A stretch of 60,419 nt of DNA. Origin: Candidatus Omnitrophota bacterium (GTDB lineage: Bacteria > Omnitrophota > Gorgyraeia > Zapsychrales > JANLHA01). The stretch's first letter is position 1; each line of letters starts with the position of its first letter. Position numbers and translations under genes: made by a program. The notes beneath the pieces are model-generated. The model had not been told where the DNA came from and ran no database searches. It saw nothing but the letters and a program-made list of their open reading frames with translations. Where the stretch lies: the NCBI GenBank assembly GCA_020632555.1, contig JACKFI010000010.1, positions 1 to 60,419 of the forward strand. Reading direction: 5' to 3'. Of the stretch, positions 14,974-24,854 are shown piece by piece.

Positions 14974-16179
14974 ATGAAGAAAATTGCAGTTTTAACCAGT
15001 GGTGGCGATTGCGGTGGATTAAACGCGGTGATCAAAGGCGCGGCTTTGATGGCTAATCAAAAAGGTGTTGCCTGCTATGTGATTCCCAACGGTTATGCGG
15101 GGCTTTATAATTTGGTTGATTTTGAAAGTTTGGTGGAATTAACGCCCGAACGGTTGGACAAAATTGATTTGAACATGGCTGGTTCTGACGCCGGACATTC
15201 ACGTGTGAAAATCAGAAAGATTGATGATGAAAAAAAATATGACCGCATTAAAGCGGGGTTGAAAAAGTTTGCTATTGACGGTTTGGTGATCAGCGGTGGT
15301 GATGATTCTGGCAGTGTCATGGTGGATTTGGCAGCGGAAGGTATCAAATGCGTACACGCGCCCAAAACGATGGATTTGGATTTGCAGTCTTATTCCGTCG
15401 GGGGAGATTCGACGATTGGCCGTATCGCCGCTTTTGTGGAAGATTTGAAAACAACGGCGTATACACATAACCGCATTTTGGTTATGGAAGTTTTTGGCCG
15501 TTATGCGGGACATACTGCTTTTCGTGGCGGGGTTGCGGCCGACGCTGATGCGGTTTTGATTCCAGAGGTGCCGGTTGATTTTGAGGCTTTATACGAAGAT
15601 TGTAAAAATAAATATATGGACCGGGTTAAAAATAGCGACGTGAATGCGGGATCATACTTGATTGTGGTTGCGGAAGGACTAAAGAATGCCAATGGTGAAG
15701 AATTGGTGGATGAGTCGGCGCCGGCTGATTCTTTTGGACATAAGCGCTTGGCAGGTTCGGGGAATTATGTAGCGCAACAATTGGGTAAACGATTTAAGGC
15801 GGATCCAGCGGTCAAAGAATTTATGATTAAGCATGGCTTGTATGTCAAAGGAGCCAATGAAGCGCCGGAAGTGCGCGCGATTGTTCCGGGCCACTTGGTT
15901 CGCTGTGGCCATACCTCCCCTATCGATGCTAATTTTGGGAAAGAAGTTGGTTCTGGCGCGGCCTTGCTTCTTCTGGGGGGCATGAGTGGTGTTACGGTTG
16001 TGGGTGTCACGGGACAGGACGTAAAATACATGGATACCGCTGAGGCGATTAAACAGCGTTTTGTGGCGCCGGCTTTGATTGCGTATCATGAACAATTGGG
16101 TATGTGCTTTGGTCGTAAGCCTGTGACGGTTAAAGTAGATTTTAAGAAAGTGACTGGTCACGTTGAGCGGCCGTTATAA
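14974..16179 (+). CDS. pfp: 6-phosphofructokinase, signature residues suggest the PPi-dependent type
   Basis: PFK N-terminus KKIAVLTSGGDCGGLNAVIKG. GGDDSGS replaces the ATP-type GGDGS, and PKTMDLD replaces PGTIDND. 401 aa. Confidence 0.8.
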   Translation: MKKIAVLTSGGDCGGLNAVIKGAALMANQKGVACYVIPNGYAGLYNLVDFESLVELTPERLDKIDLNMAGSDAGHSRVKIRKIDDEKKYDRIKAGLKKFAIDGLVISGGDDSGSVMVDLAAEGIKCVHAPKTMDLDLQSYSVGGDSTIGRIAAFVEDLKTTAYTHNRILVMEVFGRYAGHTAFRGGVAADADAVLIPEVPVDFEALYEDCKNKYMDRVKNSDVNAGSYLIVVAEGLKNANGEELVDESAPADSFGHKRLAGSGNYVAQQLGKRFKADPAVKEFMIKHGLYVKGANEAPEVRAIVPGHLVRCGHTSPIDANFGKEVGSGAALLLLGGMSGVTVVGVTGQDVKYMDTAEAIKQRFVAPALIAYHEQLGMCFGRKPVTVKVDFKKVTGHVERPL

Positions 16180-16224
16180 ATGAAATAGTGTGGTTTTTGT
16201 GAATATTGATGAGGTATAAAAAAA

Positions 16225-16254
16225 GGAACGAACATTGGGTCGTTCTTTTTTTTA
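16225..16254 (+). terminator. rho-independent terminator of pfp
   Basis: Stem GGAACGA / TCGTTCT (one G:U pair), loop acattggg, followed by a T8 run, about 45 nt after the pfp stop. Confidence 0.6.
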
Positions 16255-16256
16255 TT

Positions 16257-16306
16257 CCAAATTTTGCTTGGCCTCGCAGAGGCGAGGCTAATGCAAAATC
16301 CGGGTT
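16257..16306. repeat. 50-bp nested palindromic element, copy 2
   Basis: Identical at 49 of 50 positions to 1495..1544. It lies between the convergent pfp and HAD genes and touches the HAD stop codon. Confidence 0.85.
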
Positions 16307-16899
16307 TATAGTGTCCGAAAAGGTTTGTAGTGAAATTCTGTGGCGATAGTTTTTAACGGTAAATCTCCCCTGCTATCGCCATAGGCGTAAATAGTAGAGA
16401 CATTTTTCAAATTGAAGACTTGATTGATGCGGCGAACTTTCTCATCTCCGTAACAATTGGGTGAAGCAAATTGTCCGGTCAGCTTGCCTTCTTTAATTTC
16501 GACTTGTGTGGCGATCAGGTCAATGCCCATATTCTTACACCAAACATTTAGGTAATTCTCAAATGATGCAGAAACGACGACAATGGTGTGACCTTGTTTT
16601 TTATGCCAGGCGATTCGCTCCAGTGCTTTAGGGCGAAGAATTCTGAGCAAACGTTGTTGGACGTATTGAACAGCTAGGGTGTTAAAGCGTTTCTCCTCCC
16701 ACCCGCCATAGAAATGGGCGAAGATTTTTTGTTTGGCTTGCTCATTGGAGATGATCTTCAACAGATATAAAACCAAGATGGGACTATTGATTAATATTCC
16801 TAGAACCGTTTTCGTAAAACCATGTGTAAAAAAAATGAAATCCTCAAAGCTGTCTTTGCTTGAGATGGTTCCGTCAAAATCGAAAATGGCGAGGGTCAT
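16306..16899 (-). CDS. HAD-superfamily hydrolase (subfamily IB-like phosphatase)
   Basis: Motif I LAIFDFDGTIS, motif II VVVSAS, motif IV YGDSRGD. 197 aa. Confidence 0.75.
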   Translation of the reverse strand: MTLAIFDFDGTISSKDSFEDFIFFTHGFTKTVLGILINSPILVLYLLKIISNEQAKQKIFAHFYGGWEEKRFNTLAVQYVQQRLLRILRPKALERIAWHKKQGHTIVVVSASFENYLNVWCKNMGIDLIATQVEIKEGKLTGQFASPNCYGDEKVRRINQVFNLKNVSTIYAYGDSRGDLPLKTIATEFHYKPFRTL

Positions 16900-17252
16900 G
16901 GGATGGGGTGTTGATTTAATAACATATGGTAAATAGATAATAATTTTGGATAATTAACTGAATCTTTTGGGGTCATTTCCAATGCTCGAATTGCGGTTAT
17001 ATGTGCATTCTGGGGATCATTGTTGGTGAGGTGGCTGTTTATTAGATCAGACCAAACTGTGATATCGGAGGGGTCGATTCTGCTTAAATAATCATAATAA
17101 ACAATTGCGGCGGGGATATCTTTTCCTTTCCCGGGGTTATGGTAAATATGCCAAAGAAATCCTACGCGTTGCAGATGAATGACATCAACATTTATTCGAA
17201 ACAAAAAGATTGCAAAGATTGAATAAAAGAAAAATGATCGTTTAAGTAGCAT
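16896..17252 (-). CDS. small membrane-anchored protein with TPR-like helical region (hypothetical)
   Basis: One N-terminal TM helix (FFFYSIFAIFLF) and a helical remainder. The stop overlaps the HAD start (ATGA). Confidence 0.4.
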   Translation of the reverse strand: MLLKRSFFFYSIFAIFLFRINVDVIHLQRVGFLWHIYHNPGKGKDIPAAIVYYDYLSRIDPSDITVWSDLINSHLTNNDPQNAHITAIRALEMTPKDSVNYPKLLSIYHMLLNQHPIP

Positions 17253-19328
17253 TTAATTTCTTCTTGAGTTAGGCTGCCGGTATAAAAAACCGAGTATACA
17301 AAATGCAACGGCCATTGTTATTAAAACAAAAACATATATCCCCTGTCCGCCTGGGGGTTGATAGCGAAATTGAACAATATTCTCCCCTGCTGGGAGGTGG
17401 ATTCCTTTAAAGGCACCATGAGCTCGTGTAATTTTGGTCTCTTTGCCATTTATAAATGCCTTCCAAAAGATAGAATACGCGTCATGATAAATTAAGAATT
17501 TCTCGGAAGAAAAGTTTGTTTGGAATTTTAATGAATTGACATCAAAATGTAAGATTTTAAATTCCTTGATATTTTGTGTTATTTTGAGAGGCGTCTCCTC
17601 TTTAATGCCTCCTGCCGGCTCAGAGTTGTAAATTATAATTTTGTTTTTGATGTATTCGTCTTTCTGTAACGATGGGGCATTGTAAAAATCAAAAACATAG
17701 CTGTTGAGAAAATCCGGTTGAAAATTTACTTTACCTGAGCTGTCCTGAAAGTCGCCTAAATGAACAAACATTGAATACAGCGAATCCCCAAATTGAGTTG
17801 GAATATCGTGGCCGGGTCGCAAATATTCAAAGCGTGGCTCATTATGGGTTTGCGGTAATTGATAAATAGCGGATGATGTATTATTGCGATAGCAAATAAA
17901 AACATAAATTGGTTCTATAACAATAAGTACTGTTAAGAATAGGAGTAATAACTGAGGTTTTTTTGTAAAGAATCTTAAGGTCAAGAGGATAAAGAATAAT
18001 AAACTTAATAGGACTGTTGTATATGTTGCTGGGATGATATTGCCTTGAGTCTGCAGAAACAGCAAGATGAGTATGTGGCTGAAGATAATAAATAGAAAGA
18101 ATAATGCTTTATGCTTTGTGCTTGAGAGTTGTTCTATTGAGCTCTTGAGTTGGGCGACGGTGAACAAAATGAATAAAGGTATTAAGAAAGCACTATAAAA
18201 GAATAAATTTCGAAAATATTTAAATATGAAAATATGCTCGAAAAGTATTTTATAAAGCGGTGTTGCTCCCCCTAAAGAAATAAGAAATATGGTGCAAAAG
18301 GTACTAAAAATAATCAATCGTTTGCGGTCCATGATTGTGAACATAGCGAGAAATAGAACAATGAAACTAAATGAGGAAACATAAATAAAGCTGTCATCAT
18401 TATAATTGAATTTATCTAGGTGTGAAAAAAGTCTCCCGCCTGCAAAACGCTCTCCAAAGGAGCCATCGAAGGCTACTTCTTTAAATTGCATTTCAGCTCG
18501 ATTTTGGCATTGTTCTGTAATTGAACAAGCATGCCGAGCGGGAGAAAGGATTTCATCGGTGTTATTGACTGTTTTAAATAAGAGTGTTGGAATCAATGCG
18601 ATTAAAATAAACAAAGCGCCTAACGAAGTAATAACTGGATGCCGTCTTATAAAATACAAAGTATTCAATAGTTTCTTGAGAAACAAGCTCTGCAATATGA
18701 GCATGGTGCATATTAAAAATATACAGAATAGGCATATGAAATAAAAAGGGATGTAGGAAAAAGCAAGGATCATTAAGCAACAGATCATTCCCCAAAATTG
18801 CTTGATTTTCAACTTATTAAGAAATTTTAGAAAGAATATGAAGAACCAAAGGGCTGGAACAAATAACAGAAGAATGAAAACTTGGTTAAAAATCATAACT
18901 GGCAAGCCGGAAAACATTAAAAAACAAACAGCAATTAAGGCATAACTATCGTTGTGTAGGATGATCTTATTTAATTGAAAGAAACCGAAAATTCCGAGTA
19001 AAAGATAGGATGTTAGGTATATGAGATATAAGTGATAATAATTAATGCCGACAAAATGCAGCAGGTATATGGGGAAAATAAGGATGTTCAGGACACCCGT
19101 TACCGCTAAATGAATATGAGGGCGACCTAAATAGACATATGGTTCCCATAGAGGGATTACTCCGTTGAATAAATTATTAAAGAAATATTTAAAAGTTCCA
19201 TAAGTGGAATAGGAATCAATGTTGACTACGATAGTGTTGTTTAGAAAGTCGCGAAAGATGAATAGCCATACAGCGTAGAGTACGACAATGAGGGAGTAAA
19301 CAAAAGGTTTGTTGAGTTTAGGGTGCAT
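17253..19328 (-). CDS. YfhO-like GT-C fold membrane glycosyltransferase (putative)
   Basis: 691 aa with more than 10 TM helices. The N-terminal loop ...NIDSYSTYGTFKYFFNNLFNGVIPLWEPYVYLGRP and the C-terminal beta domain plus final TM (GENIVQFRYQPPGG...) match my recollection of the YfhO architecture. Confidence 0.5.
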   Translation of the reverse strand: MHPKLNKPFVYSLIVVLYAVWLFIFRDFLNNTIVVNIDSYSTYGTFKYFFNNLFNGVIPLWEPYVYLGRPHIHLAVTGVLNILIFPIYLLHFVGINYYHLYLIYLTSYLLLGIFGFFQLNKIILHNDSYALIAVCFLMFSGLPVMIFNQVFILLLFVPALWFFIFFLKFLNKLKIKQFWGMICCLMILAFSYIPFYFICLFCIFLICTMLILQSLFLKKLLNTLYFIRRHPVITSLGALFILIALIPTLLFKTVNNTDEILSPARHACSITEQCQNRAEMQFKEVAFDGSFGERFAGGRLFSHLDKFNYNDDSFIYVSSFSFIVLFLAMFTIMDRKRLIIFSTFCTIFLISLGGATPLYKILFEHIFIFKYFRNLFFYSAFLIPLFILFTVAQLKSSIEQLSSTKHKALFFLFIIFSHILILLFLQTQGNIIPATYTTVLLSLLFFILLTLRFFTKKPQLLLLFLTVLIVIEPIYVFICYRNNTSSAIYQLPQTHNEPRFEYLRPGHDIPTQFGDSLYSMFVHLGDFQDSSGKVNFQPDFLNSYVFDFYNAPSLQKDEYIKNKIIIYNSEPAGGIKEETPLKITQNIKEFKILHFDVNSLKFQTNFSSEKFLIYHDAYSIFWKAFINGKETKITRAHGAFKGIHLPAGENIVQFRYQPPGGQGIYVFVLITMAVAFCILGFLYRQPNSRRN

Positions 19329-19329
19329 T

Positions 19330-19980
19330 TTAAAGGTTTATTTTTGTTTTTTTCCCTGTGCAAAGTAAGTAGGTGTGGTGGATTTGTAAAGTTTTTTGTG
19401 TGAAAATTATAAACTCTTTTTGAATCATTGACATAAGCATTTCTTGGCTTTTGGGATAGCTACCTCTGTCCATGGACCATAGAAATCTTCCCTTCCAGGA
19501 TTGTGGAAGCCAAATAGCATCGGCAAAAAAGAAAATTCCTGTATCTTTTAATACACGTGAACTTTCTGAAATTAACATAATAAGCTGATTTTCTGTTAGA
19601 TGATGCGACATCATGGTGCATTGAATAATATCTACGCTTTGGTTTTTTAACGGAATATTTGTCGCATCGGCCAGCAGAGGAATTCCATGAACTATAGATT
19701 TGTGAGTAAATCCAATGAGTTTTTGGATGTCATTATCCAGACACATATAGAGTTTGACATCTTCCCAGATGTTTTGGTAAATTCCGGTTCCACCACCGAG
19801 ATCAATAATAATCTTTGATTTAGTTTGTGATTTAGCCATTTCCGCAAGATTTTTATATATGATTTTGGAACCAACAAGTTTCTGAACAGAATCATAAAAG
19901 GCAGGATGTTCCATGAATTTGTGCAGGATATTCTTGATGAGATTAGGTATCATAATTTTTAAAGAGTTAAGTTGTTTCAA
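19330..19980 (-). CDS. class I SAM-dependent methyltransferase
   Basis: SAM motif I IIIDLGGGTGIY. 216 aa. Overlaps the aminotransferase gene's 3' end. Confidence 0.7.
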   Translation of the reverse strand: MKQLNSLKIMIPNLIKNILHKFMEHPAFYDSVQKLVGSKIIYKNLAEMAKSQTKSKIIIDLGGGTGIYQNIWEDVKLYMCLDNDIQKLIGFTHKSIVHGIPLLADATNIPLKNQSVDIIQCTMMSHHLTENQLIMLISESSRVLKDTGIFFFADAIWLPQSWKGRFLWSMDRGSYPKSQEMLMSMIQKEFIIFTQKTLQIHHTYLLCTGKKTKINL

Positions 19981-21097
19981 CGGTTTTCAAAACAGAATCA
20001 ATGATGTAGTCCGTTTCAATGGATGTGAGTTTTGGATATAACGGAAGCGTAATGGTGCGATTTCCAATAGATTCCGCAATGGGAAAGTCATTCTCTTTGA
20101 AATTAAGATTTTCTCGGTAATATTTTAATAAATGAATGACGCGGAAATTAACAGCGACACCAATACCTTTATCTTGAAGCCCCTTTAAAATGAGATCTCT
20201 CTTGTCTGCTGGTACCCAAATTGTAAAAATATGTCGAGCGGATTTGGAATTGGCAAGAACTTTTGGAAAATCTAAGTTTGGTTGATTGCCGAAAGCTTGT
20301 TCATATTTCTCGCAAATGGCTTGTTTGGCTTTCCAATGATCTTCAATTTTCTTAAGTTGAGGAATTAAAAGGGCGGCTTGGATATCAAACATATTTGCTT
20401 TATAACCTAAAACGCTCATATCCCAGTGTCGGTATAATCCTGTGTAGCGATCTATTGCAGATCGATCCATGCCATGCAACCGAAGTAACAAAAGTTTTTC
20501 ATAAAGTTCCTGATGATTTGTTGCGATCATCCCTCCTTCCCCGGAAGCAATATTTTTTGTAGCATAAAAACTAAATACAGCTGCATCACCTAATTGCCCC
20601 GGTTTAATTGAATCACGTGCTCCTTCAATACAATGTGCGCAGTCTTCAAGAATTTTAAGATTGTGTTTGTCTGCTATTTTACGCAATGATTTCATGTCGA
20701 CCATTTGGCCGTATAAATGCACGGGAATGATTGCTTTTGTTTGTAAGGTGATTGCTTGTTCAACAAGATTTATATCTAAATTTCCTGTTGTGGGGTCCAC
20801 GTCAACAAAAATTGGTTTAGCTCCGACTTGAAGAATAACATTGGCCGTGGCACAAAAGCTAAGAGGCGTAGTGATTATTTCATCTTCCGGGCCAATTCCC
20901 CAAGCTTTTAAAACCAAAAAAGCTCCCGTAGTCCATGATGTTACACCTGTAGCGTAGTTCGTCCCAAGATAAGTTCTAAAATCAGACTCAAATTGAGTTG
21001 TTTTGGGACCGGTGGTTAGAAAAATCGAATCCAAAGTTTCGAGCAGAGAATTTTTCTCTTCAGTACCAATATTATGTTTATAGAATTCGATTTTCAT
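19967..21097 (-). CDS. DegT/DnrJ/EryC1/StrS-family PLP-dependent sugar aminotransferase
   Basis: Conserved FSFYATKNIASGEGG (PLP lysine), HGMDR, and an N-terminal ...FESDFRTYLG. 376 aa. Confidence 0.85.
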   Translation of the reverse strand: MKIEFYKHNIGTEEKNSLLETLDSIFLTTGPKTTQFESDFRTYLGTNYATGVTSWTTGAFLVLKAWGIGPEDEIITTPLSFCATANVILQVGAKPIFVDVDPTTGNLDINLVEQAITLQTKAIIPVHLYGQMVDMKSLRKIADKHNLKILEDCAHCIEGARDSIKPGQLGDAAVFSFYATKNIASGEGGMIATNHQELYEKLLLLRLHGMDRSAIDRYTGLYRHWDMSVLGYKANMFDIQAALLIPQLKKIEDHWKAKQAICEKYEQAFGNQPNLDFPKVLANSKSARHIFTIWVPADKRDLILKGLQDKGIGVAVNFRVIHLLKYYRENLNFKENDFPIAESIGNRTITLPLYPKLTSIETDYIIDSVLKTVETT

Positions 21098-21115
21098 AGG
21101 TTATTTGATATCTTT

Positions 21116-22147
21116 TTAATGAAGCTCGATTTTTCCGGTTTTTGTTCGAATTTTGATATTTCTCATCCATTCAATTTTTTCCCACCATTTTTTATTATTT
21201 TTATACCAGGTAACGGTGGATTTAATGCCTTCTTGAAAAGATCGTCCGGGTTTTATGTTTAGAATTTCTTCCATTTTGTTAGTTGAAGAGATATGCACAT
21301 CTACCTGACCTGGTCGGTCTCCAATATGTTCAATCAAAGATAACGGTTTGCCTAGTGTTTTTAGAATGATTTTAGCTACATCAAGGACAGAAATAGATTC
21401 GCCGGAGCCAATGTTGAATACTTCTCCTCGTGTTTTTGAATTGGGAGCATGGATAATCGTATCTATTCTTTGGCAGGTATCTTGAACGTAAAGCCAATCT
21501 CTTTTAGCTTCTCCAGTACCGTGGATTGTTAAGGGTGCGTTATGTAATGCTGAAGTGATGAACCGGGGAACGACTTTTTCAAGGTGTTGGAATGGCCCAT
21601 AATTATTGAAAGGCCTGATAATTGTAGCTGGAATATCATATGTTTTCATAAATGAGTAAATCAAACGATCGGCTCCACATTTTGCGGCGGCGTAGGGACT
21701 ACAAGGATTCATAGGGTGATTCTCGTCCATGGGCTCATATTCGGCAGTTCCGTACACTTCGGATGTGGATATATGAATGAATTTTTTAACTTTTTTATAA
21801 TGCTTTAATACGGCAGTCGCCATCGCGTGGGTTCCCATGACATCAGTCTCAAAAAAGATTTTGTTATCAAAAATCGATCTCGCCACATGAGATTCTGCGG
21901 CAAAATGCACGACGATGTCAGATTTTCCAACTAAATTATCGACCAATTCGCCATTACAAACATTCCCATACCAAAATTCATAGCCGTTTTTTTGTTCTCT
22001 AATTTCTTTTGGTAAATTCTCGGGATTTCCTGCGTAGGTCAAATTGTCAAGAACGAGTATTCGGTCTTTAGGATATTTTTTACACCAAAGATTAACGAAA
22101 TTGCTGCCAATAAAACCAGCCCCACCAGTGATTAAAATTGTTTGCAT
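21116..22147 (-). CDS. rfbB: dTDP-glucose 4,6-dehydratase
   Basis: ILITGGAGFIGSNF, VLDNLTYAGN (RfbB signature), STSEVYG, SPYAAAKCGAD (YxxxK). 343 aa. Confidence 0.85.
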   Translation of the reverse strand: MQTILITGGAGFIGSNFVNLWCKKYPKDRILVLDNLTYAGNPENLPKEIREQKNGYEFWYGNVCNGELVDNLVGKSDIVVHFAAESHVARSIFDNKIFFETDVMGTHAMATAVLKHYKKVKKFIHISTSEVYGTAEYEPMDENHPMNPCSPYAAAKCGADRLIYSFMKTYDIPATIIRPFNNYGPFQHLEKVVPRFITSALHNAPLTIHGTGEAKRDWLYVQDTCQRIDTIIHAPNSKTRGEVFNIGSGESISVLDVAKIILKTLGKPLSLIEHIGDRPGQVDVHISSTNKMEEILNIKPGRSFQEGIKSTVTWYKNNKKWWEKIEWMRNIKIRTKTGKIELH

Positions 22148-22204
22148 GGAATATCTCCCAGATTTTGTGAATACATTAACATGTTAATAATGTGCGGAGT
22201 TCAT

Positions 22205-22969
22205 TCAGTGTTTCTTGATAATATAGGCTTGTTGAATCCCGAATCCTCCTCCAGACATTTTATTCTCAAGATCAAAGAAAACTTTATTCAAGGGATTAAC
22301 GAATCCTTTAATGTCCAGTAATTCTCGCAAAAAACGTGATCCTAAATAATAGATTGAAGAAAAGTCTTCAATTTGAAATGAAAGACCTTTGTTTTCTAAT
22401 AGCTTGTTTAAATTTTTCATTTTCATATAACGATTAAAACTTTGTTCTTTCATGGGTTCAAGCTCTTTAACGGCACGTAAGGCATTTAAAGTTTGTAGAG
22501 GTTCCTGAAATGCCTCAGAAAGAATTAATTTGCCTCCTGGTTTTGTGACGCGAAGACACTCTTCTATTGCTAAAGTTTGTTCTTCCCAATTTGGTAAATT
22601 GATGAGCATTCGTACGGAAAATACTACGTCGAAACAATTAGTATCAAATGGGAGGTTTCGTGAGTCGGCGGTCTGGAATCGAACGCTAGTAAGGTTTTTC
22701 TGAATTTTTAGACAATTAGCTTGCTCAATCATTTTTTCAGAAAAGTCTACCCCAAACATAGTCTTGATATTATGGCGAGAAAAAAGTTCAAGGGTTGCGT
22801 GACCATTGGCACAGCCTACGTCTAGAACTTGGTCTTGATTTTGAAGATATGGACCAATAGTCAGCAATTCGAGTTCAATCATATACTGATCTGCCCAGGA
22901 AGCTTCTGGGGAGGTGTGATATTTTTCAGCTTGACTCTGCCAATATTCTTTGACGAAATCTTTTTTCAT
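22205..22969 (-). CDS. class I SAM-dependent methyltransferase
   Basis: Motif I VLDVGCANGHAT and post-I VDFSEKMI. 254 aa. Confidence 0.7.
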   Translation of the reverse strand: MKKDFVKEYWQSQAEKYHTSPEASWADQYMIELELLTIGPYLQNQDQVLDVGCANGHATLELFSRHNIKTMFGVDFSEKMIEQANCLKIQKNLTSVRFQTADSRNLPFDTNCFDVVFSVRMLINLPNWEEQTLAIEECLRVTKPGGKLILSEAFQEPLQTLNALRAVKELEPMKEQSFNRYMKMKNLNKLLENKGLSFQIEDFSSIYYLGSRFLRELLDIKGFVNPLNKVFFDLENKMSGGGFGIQQAYIIKKH

Positions 22970-23038
22970 AATAAAACCTTTAGTGAATGAGTTAATAGAT
23001 AGATTTAAGGATGTTTTTTCTAGTGAACATAACGCAGA

Positions 23039-23965
23039 TTATTTAATTTTTTTAATATCCTCAATAATATAGAGTGGCCGATGTTGGCTTTCGGCATAAT
23101 TGCGCCCAACGTATTCCCCTAAGATTCCTAAAAGGAGCATTTGTATGCCCCCCATAAATAATATTAAAACCATAATGGACGTCCATCCTGAGAATATGAC
23201 ACCGAAAGTGATTTTAAGGAAAATGAGATAAATGATTGCTAAAAAGCTGACCCCTGATATGAACGTTCCCAGAAGGCTGGCAAGTTGCAGCGGTTTTGAG
23301 GAAAAAGACGTAACGGTGTTGATTGCCAATTTGAATAATTTGAACCAAGAATATTTTGTTTCACCAGCATAGCGCTGACCATGGATAACCTCAATCCCAA
23401 CTTGTTTAAAACCGATGTAACTGATTAAACCGGTAATGAAGCGATCTCGTTCTCTGAGTTTGTTCAAATGATCAACCACCCGACGACTCATAATTCTAAA
23501 AATATGGCTATTAATTGGAACTTCTGTGCCAATAACTTTGTTAATAAAATAAATAAATAATTTTGATGTGAAAACCTTGAGAAAGGAGTGGCGGCGTTCT
23601 TTTCGAACTCCAAAGACAACATCAAACCCTTTTAGAAAATGGGAATAAAGCTTTTGAATTTCTTCTGGCTGGTCTTGGAGGTCGCCATCCATAAGAATGA
23701 CTGCGTCCCCGCTGGCGTAATCCATGCCAGCCGTAATGGCAATGTGATGACCAAAATTTCTGGAGAATTTTATTGCTTTGATATGGGGATCATTTTGGGA
23801 TAGTTCGGTCATAATTTCCCAAGAACGATCTTTGCTGCCATCATCAATCAAAAGAACTTCATAGTCGTCGATGGCTAATTGTAGCAAGGCGTTGGTTAAA
23901 CGACGATGAAGCTCGTTGAGGGTGCCTTCTTCATTGTATATTGGGATAACAATTGAAATTTTCAT
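23039..23965 (-). CDS. GT2 polyprenyl-phosphate glycosyltransferase (GtrB/ArnC/CsbB-like)
   Basis: ISIVIPIYNEEGTL, LIDDGSKDRS, MDGDLQD (DxD) and two C-terminal TM helices. I prefer the ATG at 23965 (MKISIV...); the ORF track's longer form starts with GTG at 23992. Confidence 0.8.
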   Translation of the reverse strand: MKISIVIPIYNEEGTLNELHRRLTNALLQLAIDDYEVLLIDDGSKDRSWEIMTELSQNDPHIKAIKFSRNFGHHIAITAGMDYASGDAVILMDGDLQDQPEEIQKLYSHFLKGFDVVFGVRKERRHSFLKVFTSKLFIYFINKVIGTEVPINSHIFRIMSRRVVDHLNKLRERDRFITGLISYIGFKQVGIEVIHGQRYAGETKYSWFKLFKLAINTVTSFSSKPLQLASLLGTFISGVSFLAIIYLIFLKITFGVIFSGWTSIMVLILFMGGIQMLLLGILGEYVGRNYAESQHRPLYIIEDIKKIK

Positions 23966-23975
23966 AAGTATAATA

Positions 23976-24809
23976 TTATGGTTTAATAACACGGGCTGCT
24001 ACTAAGCAACTACCTCCCAATAATAGCCTTTTTTTGTTTAAAATAAAATTGGTTTCTAATTTAAATATTTTGTTGACTAATGATTCTAGGAATTTATTTT
24101 TAATGGTATGATCGCGGGATAAATTCTGTTGAGCTGGTTTTTTTATGATATGAAGAATATAGGGTAGACTGCGAAATAAGAAAATAAAAATTGGTAAAAA
24201 TGAAAAGATGTACGTGTCGTAAACAATTTCAAAACCAGCTTCTTTAAGGAGTTTACGCAAATTGTTTAGTGTATATCTTCGAAAGTGCCCTGCGACTTTG
24301 TCTTCGTTAGACCATAGAAATTGATAAGCAGGAACCGTGAGATAAATCATGCCGTTAAACTCCAATAGATTCTTTATTAAAGTCAAGAACTTGATATCGT
24401 CTTCAATATGTTCTAATACGTCAAATACGCCAACTGCTGGCAATGAATTCTGAGGGATATTGGCTGAGTCTATTGTTGCGCATATCAGATGCTTTAGGCC
24501 TCGTTGTTTGGCGTTGAGAACGCCTTGTAATCCCGGTTCAATTAGCGCGGTGGTAAACCCCTGCTTTTCCAAAGCATGGGATACTTGTCCATTGCCACCG
24601 CCAATGTCAAATATCATTCCGTTGGGTGGAAAATTCTTGATGAGTTGAACAATCGCATTAGCCCGATGAGTAAACCAAAAACTCGAATCTTCAATTTGAA
24701 AATATTGGTTATTAGCCTCTGATGGGTACGATATCTTTGAATTATTTTCAACAAAGAATATTTTGTCATTTAGGGTTAAGTTTTTAGTAATTTCTTGCCA
24801 AGATGTCAT
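23976..24809 (-). CDS. class I SAM-dependent methyltransferase
   Basis: Motif I IFDIGGGNGQVS and VFDVLEHI. 277 aa. Confidence 0.7.
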   Translation of the reverse strand: MTSWQEITKNLTLNDKIFFVENNSKISYPSEANNQYFQIEDSSFWFTHRANAIVQLIKNFPPNGMIFDIGGGNGQVSHALEKQGFTTALIEPGLQGVLNAKQRGLKHLICATIDSANIPQNSLPAVGVFDVLEHIEDDIKFLTLIKNLLEFNGMIYLTVPAYQFLWSNEDKVAGHFRRYTLNNLRKLLKEAGFEIVYDTYIFSFLPIFIFLFRSLPYILHIIKKPAQQNLSRDHTIKNKFLESLVNKIFKLETNFILNKKRLLLGGSCLVAARVIKP

Positions 24810-24854
24810 TAGATAGTCTCAATCAAACTTAAAAGTAATATTAGAGAATTTATT

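Noticed and set aside
15105-16161. Five minus-strand ORFs antisense to pfp (up to 160 aa)
   Set aside because: They are shadow ORFs opposite a well-supported PFK gene. The translations are Arg/Ser/Thr-rich and featureless.
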